DNA of 63,626 nucleotides, the filler included. It is 4 parts of 4 records of this genome, joined end to end, with 100 filler letters (N's around TTAATTAATTAA, not from the genome) between each part and the next. Parts side by side here need not be neighbours in the genome. Positions count along the whole stretch, not along the records: positions 41,266 to 55,571 come from SRR22947725_2451; 3 more parts are not named here. One strand, given 5' to 3'. Shown one piece after another: positions 41,267 through 50,425 of the stretch. Below the pieces are notes generated by a model. It saw only the letters and a list, made by a program, of their open reading frames with translations, was not told the DNA's origin and searched no databases. The first letter of the stretch is position 1; each line of letters starts with the position of its first letter. Both the position numbers and the translations under genes were made by a program.

Positions 41267-41566
41267 CAATATGCAGAGGCAGTACAGGGATTGGAAAAAA
41301 TTTTAGAAACCAAAAAATATAATAAAGACGCTGATATTTTAAATCACTATGCTTTTGCTTTAAGAAAAACTAACAACCTTACAAAGGCAGAAGAATTCTA
41401 TCAAAAAGTATTATCTATTGAACCTACCCACCGAGGAGCTCTTGAATATATTGGAGAACTTTATGTCGATACCAAAAGAATGGATTTGGCAAATGCGACT
41501 TTAAAAAAGCTAGAAAGTTGTAGATGTGAAGAATATGCTGAACTTAAGAACTATATTAACAAATAG
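41267..41566 (+). CDS. TPR-repeat protein, 5'-truncated
   Basis: Frame open from contig edge; ADILNHYAFALRK, HRGALEYIGELY. Confidence 0.8.
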   Translation, partial: QYAEAVQGLEKILETKKYNKDADILNHYAFALRKTNNLTKAEEFYQKVLSIEPTHRGALEYIGELYVDTKRMDLANATLKKLESCRCEEYAELKNYINK

Positions 41567-41583
41567 TTAAAGCGCAATTCCAA

Positions 41584-42315
41584 CTATTTTTTAGCAGATT
41601 CAACTAATCGCAAAACACAATCTCCAAATTTTTCTGTTCTAGGTTTAAACCCAAGATCTTCACACTGCTCTTTAAATACATCTAAGTTGTTGATCTCTGA
41701 CTTGGTGGAGGCATTCGTTTTTTTAGGTTTATTAGTTATCTCTGAATTTTTACTTCCTACTTCTTTTAATACTTTTGCAAATTCGTATCTTTTAAAGTTG
41801 ATGTACTTAATCCTACATTGTTTTTCTTCTGATATTTTTAACTCTACTCCTTCTTGTGTTTTTAAATTTTTTACTTTAGTTTCATTACAGTGGTCTAAAA
41901 TAGTTCTTACAAAATTATCTACACTGATATTATTGTCTTCAATAACAGGCATTTTTAATTCTTTACATTTTTTCAATACTTGAAATAATTTTTTAGTATC
42001 GTTTCCGCATTTCTCATTTCTGGAAGCAAACACATGATGTCTACTATTATAGACATGTGAATTGATCTGCAATTTTCCATTAACTTGCATTTCCTGTGTT
42101 AACAGACCTAAAAATTTTGGTTTTAATTTTAAATGTTCTACTAAAGTATACCAATAGGTTTTTACATTAGAGTAGTCATCTGAATATGCATCTAGTTTAT
42201 TGTACCCTAAGCCTACAAGCTTATCGTAATCTTTGGCGGATAACCGTTCCGCAGCTACACTCCACTGGGGGATACTTATTAAACTGAGCAAAGCAATAAT
42301 TTTAAGTAATTTCAT
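41584..42315 (-). CDS. Secreted hypothetical protein with C-terminal C..LGF...TEKFGDCVL motif
   Basis: Signal peptide ending SVA, several Cys, low-complexity linker, then a Cys-pair tail. Confidence 0.7.
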   Translation of the reverse strand: MKLLKIIALLSLISIPQWSVAAERLSAKDYDKLVGLGYNKLDAYSDDYSNVKTYWYTLVEHLKLKPKFLGLLTQEMQVNGKLQINSHVYNSRHHVFASRNEKCGNDTKKLFQVLKKCKELKMPVIEDNNISVDNFVRTILDHCNETKVKNLKTQEGVELKISEEKQCRIKYINFKRYEFAKVLKEVGSKNSEITNKPKKTNASTKSEINNLDVFKEQCEDLGFKPRTEKFGDCVLRLVESAKK

Positions 42316-42365
42316 AAACTAAATAGATGTTGACTCTTATTACATTTAAAAATTAAAATTAGATT

Positions 42366-43181
42366 ATGTTTAAATCTATTAAAATTCAACCATGTAAAAA
42401 TAATGTTGGTGCTATCATTGATACTGATATTCGATCAGCAGATCCTGAATGTATTAATGAAATTAAGATTGCATTAGATGAATTTGGAGTTGTCTTTTTT
42501 AGAAATCAAAACTTAGATTCTAGTGCCTATGTTAGCTTTGCAAAACAATTTGGAACTCCCGCTGATTATCCTATGTTAGAGGGCCTGAATAAGTTTCCTG
42601 AAATTACAGTAGTAGAAAAAAAACCAGAGGAACAAATTATGTTTGGAGAGGGTTGGCATACAGACTCTACCTATACCCCTGAGCCTCCCCAATATACAAT
42701 GCTCTACTCTATTAAAACTCCTCCAAAGGGTAAGGGTAATACTTTGTTTGCATCTCAGTACGAGAGTTATCAAAAACTTCCCGGTGAATTAAAAGAAAAA
42801 ATTCAAAGTTTAAAAGCGGTATTTAGTGCCGATGGTCCTATATCCAAAACTAGAAATAATAGAGTTGCAGAAAAAGGCACTGGAATTGACCCTAAATCAA
42901 TGTCAGCGGTACACTCTATAGTAAAGACTAACGCTAATAATAAAAAAAAATCTCTTTATTTATCTCCAGGCCATGTAACTGAAATTGTAGGTATGGATAA
43001 AGAAGAAAGTAAAAGACTATTAAATTACTTATTTAAACACCAATCCAAACCTGAGTTTGTATACGGTTTTGAGTGGGAACCTAACTGTCTTGCCATATGG
43101 TCTAACCATGTGATGTTACACAATCCAGTCAATGACTTTACAGGTATCCATCGAGTAATGCATCGAATTACAATTCAATAA
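42366..43181 (+). CDS. TauD/TfdA-family Fe(II)/2-oxoglutarate dioxygenase
   Basis: GVVFFRNQ, WHTD (HxD), GNTLFA, IWSN..MLH, RVMHRITI. Confidence 0.9.
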   Translation: MFKSIKIQPCKNNVGAIIDTDIRSADPECINEIKIALDEFGVVFFRNQNLDSSAYVSFAKQFGTPADYPMLEGLNKFPEITVVEKKPEEQIMFGEGWHTDSTYTPEPPQYTMLYSIKTPPKGKGNTLFASQYESYQKLPGELKEKIQSLKAVFSADGPISKTRNNRVAEKGTGIDPKSMSAVHSIVKTNANNKKKSLYLSPGHVTEIVGMDKEESKRLLNYLFKHQSKPEFVYGFEWEPNCLAIWSNHVMLHNPVNDFTGIHRVMHRITIQ

Positions 43182-43189
43182 ATTTTATA

Positions 43190-44389
43190 TTAAATTTTAG
43201 AAAATTTTATTAAATATTCTGCGAATGAAAAGGACGCTGTCCAGGCAGGACTGATAGCGTTGAGTACGTGCGTACAATGTTTTTGATTGATGACGACAAA
43301 ATCATTTACCAAAGTTTTGGACTGTGGATCAAAAATTTGTGATCGTATTCCCACTTTTTCATTGGAAGCAGTAATATTTTTTTTGTTAATTCCAGTGATA
43401 AGCTTATTAATTTCTTTTAAAAATCCACCCTTTGTGAGCAATCTAGATTCTTGAAGGGCTAATGTTCTTAGCTTATTTTCATTGCTAATAATTTTTTTTA
43501 CAAAACTGAAACCTATAGTAATAGCTTCCGATACACTGAAATTTGTATTCCAGTCATATTGTTCTCTACCAAATACTGGCGTAGAGCTAGGTCCAATAAA
43601 AAAATCTCCATTTTTTTTATGAGAAGTGTGTAAACCTAAAAAAGGATATTGAAGATCTGGAACAGGATACACTAAATGTTTTAATGAAAAGTTAGAGTCT
43701 AATATTTTCCAATATTTTCCTTTAAATGGTAAAAAACTATATCTAAACTCTAGTCCTGATTTTTTGGCAATAGCGTCTGAATGCAGTCCACTACAATTAA
43801 AGGAATGAGCACATTCGTACGTAGAATTAACAGTATGAATTTTACAGCCTTCTTCTTCTATTTTTGTGACCGCCTCTTGATATTGGATCTCAACTCCTAA
43901 ATCTATTAGATCTTCAATTAAGGATTTGGATACTTCTTTTGGATCTGCAATCGATGTGAAGGGAACGTGCAATCCAATGTTATACCTGTTGTTTATATTT
44001 GGTTCTAGATTAGCAATTTGCTCGCCACTAAGTTTTTTTATAATAACTCCATTTTCTATTCCTCTCGCAAGGAGCTGCTCTGTATTTTCATAGGAGTTTT
44101 GTGACGTAGGAACGAGTATTTTTCCGCACTCATCCATCCATAGTCTCTTTGTCTTAATGTATTCCTTGAGTTCCCGACCGCCCTGAACTCCAAGAGTGGC
44201 CCTTAAAGATCCTGGCTCATAGTAAATACCGCTATGTATAACGCCACTATTTCTTCCAGATCCATGTTGTATGGAATCCTTTTCTTTCTCTAAAATTAAA
44301 ATTTTACTGTTATTGAATTTTTTTTTTAACTTATAGGCTAAGGTAAGACCAATAATACCACTACCAACAATAATAAAATCATACTTCAT
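43190..44389 (-). CDS. lhgO: L-2-hydroxyglutarate oxidase-like FAD oxidoreductase
   Basis: VGSGIIG, SGRNSGVIHSGIYY, PFKGKY, YPVPD..PFLGLH, GIRSQ, NAISPAWT. Confidence 0.85.
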   Translation of the reverse strand: MKYDFIIVGSGIIGLTLAYKLKKKFNNSKILILEKEKDSIQHGSGRNSGVIHSGIYYEPGSLRATLGVQGGRELKEYIKTKRLWMDECGKILVPTSQNSYENTEQLLARGIENGVIIKKLSGEQIANLEPNINNRYNIGLHVPFTSIADPKEVSKSLIEDLIDLGVEIQYQEAVTKIEEEGCKIHTVNSTYECAHSFNCSGLHSDAIAKKSGLEFRYSFLPFKGKYWKILDSNFSLKHLVYPVPDLQYPFLGLHTSHKKNGDFFIGPSSTPVFGREQYDWNTNFSVSEAITIGFSFVKKIISNENKLRTLALQESRLLTKGGFLKEINKLITGINKKNITASNEKVGIRSQIFDPQSKTLVNDFVVINQKHCTHVLNAISPAWTASFSFAEYLIKFSKI

Positions 44390-44424
44390 ATATCTATCCT
44401 TTATCTGTTATACTGTTTCTTAAA

Positions 44425-44823
44425 ATGAGTGAAGTAGAAGAATTGCCATCAAAGCAAGTCCAAGATTTTTTAAAAAATCATCCAGATTCTGTTCTAGTAG
44501 ATGTGCGAACACAAGAAGAATGGGACACTATTGGAAAACCAGACGGAGATTCTATCAGTATGACTACTTACTTTATTTCTTATCAAAAAGGCCCAGACAG
44601 AATTCTTAATGAAAATTTTGAACAAGATTTTTTAAATCTAAATATTGAAAAAAATAAAAAAATTTTATTTTTGTGTAGAAGTGGAATTCGCTCTCTAAAA
44701 GCCGCAATGATTATAGAAAAATGTGGCTATAAAACTTTGAATATATCCGACGGTTTTGAAGGCTCTATGGTTATTAATGAACCAGGATGGAAAGCTAATA
44801 AATTACCTTGCAAAGAAAAATGA
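44425..44823 (+). CDS. Rhodanese-like sulfurtransferase
   Basis: VDVRT.EEW, LCRSGIRS, GFEG, GWK. Confidence 0.88.
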   Translation: MSEVEELPSKQVQDFLKNHPDSVLVDVRTQEEWDTIGKPDGDSISMTTYFISYQKGPDRILNENFEQDFLNLNIEKNKKILFLCRSGIRSLKAAMIIEKCGYKTLNISDGFEGSMVINEPGWKANKLPCKEK

Positions 44824-45119
44824 TAAAAATATTTAGCTGTATGCTTTTTATTATTCTATTTACCGCTTGCGAAACTATAGATAAAAAAATTGACGAGACT
44901 ATGAAAGAAGAAACTAAGATGTTATCTAAGTTTCTAGGAAAAAAAAGTTCTACTATAAAAACAGAGCTTGGAGAACCGGATCTAATTAATTTTAACATTC
45001 CTTACAAAACATATATCTATTATAAGAAAAACCTACTTATCAAATGTACAAGAGAGTTTTTCATTAATCCCAAAACTGATTTGATAGAAAAATTTAATAG
45101 CAAAAATTGTATTAAATAA
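44820..45119 (+). CDS. Small lipoprotein
   Basis: Lipobox FTAC, LGEPD; ATGA overlap with rhodanese gene. Confidence 0.65.
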   Translation: MIKIFSCMLFIILFTACETIDKKIDETMKEETKMLSKFLGKKSSTIKTELGEPDLINFNIPYKTYIYYKKNLLIKCTREFFINPKTDLIEKFNSKNCIK

Positions 45120-45932
45120 GTGTTCAATAAGAAATATAGAAATATAGTAGAAAAAGTTTGTCAGCAATTAACTTTACGACAAAAGAGAAAAAAAAATTTA
45201 TTTTGTTTAGTTTCTGGACCTCAAGGATCTGGAAAAACTACTTTTACAAGTGAGATAAAAAAAAAACTTACTAAAAAAAAATTAAAAATTTTAGTGCTAT
45301 CAATCGATGATTTTTATTTTGGTAAAAAAGATCGAAATAAATTATCTAAAACTGCTTCCCCCTTACTAGTTACCAGGGGCGTTCCGGGAACTCACAATTT
45401 ACAACACTTAAAAAAAGTTTTAAAAGTTTTCTTTAGCAAAAAAAAACAGACCTACTTATTACCTCAATTTTCCAAAGCAGAAGATGATATTCTAAAATCT
45501 AAATACCATAAGCTAACATTCCCTTATGATATTTTTATATTAGAAGGTTGGTGCATTAACTACCAGGGAGAACCTTTTGTTTCCTTAAAAAAACCAATTA
45601 ATGCGATGGAAAAAAAGCTGGATAAGAATTTGGAATGGAGAAAATATGTAAATAAAAAAAGCAAAGAATACTTCAAGGCTATTTATCAGAAATCAAATTG
45701 TTCTATTTTCTTGAGAATTCCAAGCTTTAAGCATGTATTTCAATACAGAAAAAAACAAGAGCTGGATATTCCAAAAAATAAGAGAATGACTAACGGTCAG
45801 CTAAAACATTTTATCAGTTTCTATGAAAGGATTACTAAAAATTTATTGGTATCTAAACATAACAAATTTGATATTGAGATCTCTATAAAACCTAATCACA
45901 ATTACACTAGTTTAAAACAAAACGTTTCTTAG
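45120..45932 (+). CDS. P-loop kinase of the D-glycerate 3-kinase (GLYK)/uridine kinase-like group
   Basis: SGPQGSGKTT, LSIDDFY, TRGVPGTH, ILEGWC, YERIT. Confidence 0.75.
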   Translation: MFNKKYRNIVEKVCQQLTLRQKRKKNLFCLVSGPQGSGKTTFTSEIKKKLTKKKLKILVLSIDDFYFGKKDRNKLSKTASPLLVTRGVPGTHNLQHLKKVLKVFFSKKKQTYLLPQFSKAEDDILKSKYHKLTFPYDIFILEGWCINYQGEPFVSLKKPINAMEKKLDKNLEWRKYVNKKSKEYFKAIYQKSNCSIFLRIPSFKHVFQYRKKQELDIPKNKRMTNGQLKHFISFYERITKNLLVSKHNKFDIEISIKPNHNYTSLKQNVS

Positions 45933-45946
45933 AATAAGCAATTACA

Positions 45947-47296
45947 TTGGAACAAAAACTAAATTTTACCAAAGATAAAATACCTTACCTCTTAAAAAAG
46001 ATAGCAATACCGGCTGCTACGGGGACCCTATTTCAAAGTCTCTATACTTTGGTAGATACATTTTATGCAGGAAAAATATCTGCCAATGCTCTAGTTGCCT
46101 TATCTAAAGCTTTTCCTATTTCTTTTATTATCATAGCATTTGGTGTTGGTATTTTAGCCGGAACTACTTCTTTGATTGCCAATACTTTAGGTGAAAAAGA
46201 TGAACACAAGGCAGCTACTTATTTAGCCCAATCAGTTCTTTACTCTTTTTTGATTTATATCTTAGTCACTTTTTTAGGACTTAATTTTACATCCGTCACC
46301 CTTCGTTTCATGGGAACTGAAGAAATAAACATTCTTTTAACGCTAGAATATATTAAAATTATTTTTATAGGATCAATTTTCTTTTTTTTACAAGTATCTT
46401 TAAATTCTGTACTGAATGCTCAGGGTGATACTAAGTCTTATCGAAATATATTAATAATTAGCTTTTTTTTAAATATTATTTTAAATCCATTGTTTGTATT
46501 TGGATTTGGAATTATTCCCGCTTTTGGTGTTTCAGGATTAGCGATTGCAACTATCCTCTCCCAATTCATAAGTTTGATATATATTTTAGTCAAAGTATTA
46601 AAGTCAGATCTTGCTCAGTTAATTACTTTCAAATTTTTTTTAATAAAAATAAATTTAATTGCAGACTTGTTAAAACAAGGAATGCCAATAACTATTAGTT
46701 TAATGCTCATTGGTCTTGGTATTTACAATATTTTATTTTTTGTTTCTAAGTTTGGAGATATTGCAACTGCAGGATATGGAGTGGCGTTGCGTATCGAGCA
46801 ACTTTTACTACTTCCCACGATTGGCTTAAATACTGCCGTACTTTCCATAACAGGTCAAAATTTTGGTGCAAAAGAATATGGACGAATTGGAGAAGTTTAT
46901 TTTAAGGCAATTTTCTATGGTGCATTTATGATGCTGATTGCTGGGCTATTTATATTTTTTAGTGGAAATTTTTTAATTCAATTATTTACTAACGATCCAG
47001 AGGTTCTTCTTTATGGAGCTCAATACTTAAAGATTGCAGCATTAATTGGTCCAGTATATCCTATTTTTTTTATTACTAATGCTTTTTTTCAAGGAATTAA
47101 AAAGCCTATCTTTTCTACCTATATAAATCTTTTTAGAATTGTTATTTTACCTTTTGTAACTATGTGGATGATACTTAATTATTTTAATGGGGGATTTATA
47201 GATTTGTTTTTAGGCTTGCTTGTAATTAATTGGATCTTTGGAATTTTTATATTAATTGTCGTTAAATATGTTTTTTTAAAGAAACTAGTGAGCTAA
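45947..47296 (+). CDS. MATE-family efflux transporter
   Basis: YTLVDT, GDTK, NIILNPLF, GVSGLAIAT, GQNFGA; about 12 TM. Confidence 0.92.
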   Translation: MEQKLNFTKDKIPYLLKKIAIPAATGTLFQSLYTLVDTFYAGKISANALVALSKAFPISFIIIAFGVGILAGTTSLIANTLGEKDEHKAATYLAQSVLYSFLIYILVTFLGLNFTSVTLRFMGTEEINILLTLEYIKIIFIGSIFFFLQVSLNSVLNAQGDTKSYRNILIISFFLNIILNPLFVFGFGIIPAFGVSGLAIATILSQFISLIYILVKVLKSDLAQLITFKFFLIKINLIADLLKQGMPITISLMLIGLGIYNILFFVSKFGDIATAGYGVALRIEQLLLLPTIGLNTAVLSITGQNFGAKEYGRIGEVYFKAIFYGAFMMLIAGLFIFFSGNFLIQLFTNDPEVLLYGAQYLKIAALIGPVYPIFFITNAFFQGIKKPIFSTYINLFRIVILPFVTMWMILNYFNGGFIDLFLGLLVINWIFGIFILIVVKYVFLKKLVS

Positions 47297-48030
47297 TCAT
47301 TATTTTTTTTTAATTTTTTTTCTAGTCTCCTTACAAAGTAAGAAACAATGAGTATTAGAATAAGATACTCTAAGATCAAAAAGGTGTATATCTCTAATGG
47401 CCTATAGGTACTCACTACCAGCTCATTTGCCTTTCTTGTTAAATCTGAAATTCCAATAATTGAAACCAAAGAAGACATTTTTAAAACATAGACAAATTGG
47501 TTTCCTAGTGCAGGTAAAATTACCTTAAATGCCTGTGGTAAAATCACAAATTTTAGTTTTTTAGAAAAATTTAACCCTAAAGAAGTAGCTGCTTCCCACT
47601 GTGTTTTTTTAATTGCATTAATTCCACCCCTAAATATCTCTGCCATAAAAGCACTTTCACTAATTGAAAGCGCAATGATTCCCGAAACAAAAGGGCTAAA
47701 ACTAAATCCTGTTAGAATAGGTAAGCCATAGTAGACCCACAGTATTAACACTAGCAATGGAACGGATCGTACCACCTCTACATAAAATACATTTATATAA
47801 CTAAGATATTTATTCTTAGTTATTGCAGGTATTGCGACAAGCAAACCCACAACCATAGCAATTAATATAGATATTGTAGAAATATAAATTGTGGTTGTGA
47901 TTCCACTAATCAGAAACCTTAGATTTGTCAGTCCACTAGCATTAGATGGGGACAAAATAAACCAGCCCCATTCATAACTAGTACAACCAGCTAAAGGTAG
48001 GAATAAAAGCAAAAAAAAATATTTTTTCAC
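47293..48030 (-). CDS. Polar amino acid ABC transporter permease
   Basis: RSVPLLV, AEIFRGGI, QWEAA..LG (EAA), ILPQA, KMSSL. Confidence 0.92.
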   Translation of the reverse strand: MKKYFFLLLFLPLAGCTSYEWGWFILSPSNASGLTNLRFLISGITTTIYISTISILIAMVVGLLVAIPAITKNKYLSYINVFYVEVVRSVPLLVLILWVYYGLPILTGFSFSPFVSGIIALSISESAFMAEIFRGGINAIKKTQWEAATSLGLNFSKKLKFVILPQAFKVILPALGNQFVYVLKMSSLVSIIGISDLTRKANELVVSTYRPLEIYTFLILEYLILILIVSYFVRRLEKKLKKNND

Positions 48031-48067
48031 TTTTAAAGTTATAAAGATTTAAATTAAAAACTCTAAT

Positions 48068-48838
48068 TTATTCTAAGCTTTTTAGACCGTATTTTTTTAA
48101 TAGATCCTCAAAAAAGCCAGATGCCTTTTTAATCTCAATCCAATGATTCACATAATTTAACCAAACCTGATCATTTTGATCAATGAGTATAGCTAGAACA
48201 GCAGGGTTTTTGCCTCCATCTGGAATGATTGCTAATTGAGGATAAGTAACAACTAGCTTATTAGCTTCTGTGGAACTGGTAATATGCCCGTCAGCTCTTC
48301 CTGCTAGGACTTCTTGAAAATCTCGTGCAGGCGCCTCGATTGATTTTAATTTAGATTTAACAAATATTTTTTTAGCCATCTCTTCTTGAGAAGTTCCAAG
48401 GGTTGTGGCGATAGTAACATTCTTATTATTGAGAGATTCCCAGGTAGGGAATTTTTTCAGGTTTTTTTTCAATACTAAGGCTACCGTACCATACTTGTAA
48501 TATGAATTTGTAAATCCAGCTACTAATGCTCTTTTTGCTGTCTTAGTAGCACTGGTAGAAATATCGTATCTATCAGAAGTAATTCCTGAAACAATGGTTT
48601 TCCAATCCGTTGGTACATATTTAACTTTTACGCCCATATCTTTTGCTAGCTCTGAACTAACATCAATATCAAAACCTTTGTATTGGTTCGTAGCAGGATC
48701 CTTCATGCTCATAGGATCCCAGTCTCCTGTGGTTCCCACTCTAAGCTCTCCAGATTTTAAAATTTTGTTTAATCTTGATTCAGCGTTTGCTGAAAATGAC
48801 AACACAGTAATTAAAATAGTTATTATAAATTTTTTCAT
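48068..48838 (-). CDS. Family-3 solute-binding protein, cyclohexadienyl dehydratase (PheC)-like
   Basis: Signal peptide, [24 protein letters not shown]. Confidence 0.85.
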   Translation of the reverse strand: MKKFIITILITVLSFSANAESRLNKILKSGELRVGTTGDWDPMSMKDPATNQYKGFDIDVSSELAKDMGVKVKYVPTDWKTIVSGITSDRYDISTSATKTAKRALVAGFTNSYYKYGTVALVLKKNLKKFPTWESLNNKNVTIATTLGTSQEEMAKKIFVKSKLKSIEAPARDFQEVLAGRADGHITSSTEANKLVVTYPQLAIIPDGGKNPAVLAILIDQNDQVWLNYVNHWIEIKKASGFFEDLLKKYGLKSLE

Positions 48839-48922
48839 AAGTTCTTGTACTTTTTATTAATATAAAAAAACACAAACTTTCTGACGCACTACTTACCTTT
48901 GATTTGCATGCTTTTTAAAGCC

Positions 48923-48951
48923 TTGCAGAAAATCGCTAAATTTAATATAAA
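48923..48951 (+). promoter_or_regulatory. Sigma-70 promoter of metY
   Basis: TTGCAG-N17-TATAAA. Confidence 0.55.
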
Positions 48952-49050
48952 TAATTGTCGATTTGATACAGCTTGCGGACTAATTATCAGCTAAGCGGAA
49001 CTTCCAAACCATAGGTCTGTTCTTAAAGTCGATTAACTGACTAAAAGGAG
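48952..49050 (+). ncRNA. SAM-II/SAM-V-type riboswitch with translational expression platform
   Basis: GTC-GATTTG..GCTTGCG-GAC..CAGCTAAG core resembles SAM-II consensus; lies in metY 5' UTR; SD-sequestering hairpin 49020-49049. Confidence 0.65.
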
Positions 49051-49056
49051 AATAAT

Positions 49057-50355
49057 ATGACAACTACAAGCAAACACCCAGAGACAATATCTTTGCATGG
49101 TGGGACTTACCGAAGAGATGAAAGTACGACTTCTGTAGCAGTTCCAATTTATCAAACAACTTCATATCAATTTAATTCAGCAGAGCATGCAGAAAATTTA
49201 TTTGGATTAAAAGAATTTGGAAATATCTATACCAGAATCGGAAATCCAACTACTAACGTTTTGGAAGAAAGAGTAGCAGCTCTGGAGGGCGGAGTGGCAG
49301 CTGTTTGTGTAAGTTCAGGTCAGGCAGCTTCTGCCTTTGTGGTACAAAATCTATGTAGTACAGGTGATAATATAGTTGCGTCTACAGACCTTTATGGAGG
49401 AACGGTAAATCTTTTTAACAATACGCTTAAGTCAATGGGTATTGAGGTAAGATATGCAGACCCAAAAGATCCTGAAAACTTTGCTAAAGCTACTGATAAA
49501 AAAACAAGATTGTATTATGCGGAAACTTTGCCCAATCCATCTTTAAGAGTATTTCCAATTAAGGAAGTCTCAGATATTGGAAGAAAGCTAGGTATACCTT
49601 TGGTGATGGATAACACAGCCTGTCCTGTAATTTGCAAACCTTTAGAGCACGGCGCAGCAATAGTCATGCATTCATTGACAAAATTTATTGGTGGACACGG
49701 TACTACCATTGGAGGAATCATAGTAGACGGCGGAAACTTTGATTGGTCAGTAGATAAAGAAAGGCAGCCTAATATTTGGCAACCAGACGCTTCTTACCAT
49801 GGAGCAGTATGGGGAGACGCTGTGCCAGTACTAACAGGAGCAAACATTCCTTATGTCATAAGAGCTCGTGTAGTCTTATTGCGTGATTTAGGTTCTGCAA
49901 TTAGTCCTGCAAGTGCTTGGCAAATTATTCAAGGCCTTGAAACCGTTACCTTAAGAATGAAACAGCACTGTGAAAATGCTGAAAAAGTAAAAAACTTTTT
50001 ATTAAAACATAAGAAAATAGAAAAAGTAATTTACTCAACTCTCCACGAGGGTGAAATTGGAGAAAGAACTAAAAAATATTTCAAAGGTGGTAATGGAGCC
50101 CTAATGGGTATTGAGGTTAAAGGTGGCAAAGAAGCTGGGAAAAAGTTTATCAATAGTTTGAAACTTTTATACCACGTTGCAAATATTGGTGATGCCAGGT
50201 CTTTAGCTATTCATCCAGCAAGCACTACACACTCTCAGCTTAGTGAAAAAGATTTACTAGCAGCAGGGGTAACTCCTGGTTATGTAAGACTATCGATTGG
50301 AATTGAACATGCCGATGATATTATTGCTGATATTGATCAAGCGCTAAACGCATAA
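49057..50355 (+). CDS. metY: O-acetylhomoserine aminocarboxypropyltransferase (sulfhydrylase)
   Basis: PIYQTTSY, YTRIGNPT, SSGQAA, HSLTKFIGGHG, ANIGD, HPASTTH, RLSIGIE; AAGGAG SD. Confidence 0.95.
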   Translation: MTTTSKHPETISLHGGTYRRDESTTSVAVPIYQTTSYQFNSAEHAENLFGLKEFGNIYTRIGNPTTNVLEERVAALEGGVAAVCVSSGQAASAFVVQNLCSTGDNIVASTDLYGGTVNLFNNTLKSMGIEVRYADPKDPENFAKATDKKTRLYYAETLPNPSLRVFPIKEVSDIGRKLGIPLVMDNTACPVICKPLEHGAAIVMHSLTKFIGGHGTTIGGIIVDGGNFDWSVDKERQPNIWQPDASYHGAVWGDAVPVLTGANIPYVIRARVVLLRDLGSAISPASAWQIIQGLETVTLRMKQHCENAEKVKNFLLKHKKIEKVIYSTLHEGEIGERTKKYFKGGNGALMGIEVKGGKEAGKKFINSLKLLYHVANIGDARSLAIHPASTTHSQLSEKDLLAAGVTPGYVRLSIGIEHADDIIADIDQALNA

Positions 50356-50371
50356 ATAAGTTTATAAAATT

Positions 50372-50408
50372 AAATGAGCCGTGATTAGCTTTGCGGCTCA
50401 TTTTTTTT
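50372..50408 (+). terminator. Intrinsic terminator after metY
   Basis: AAATGAGCCGT..GCGGCTCATTTTTTTT. Confidence 0.9.
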
Positions 50409-50425
50409 ATGTATTATAGCGGCAC

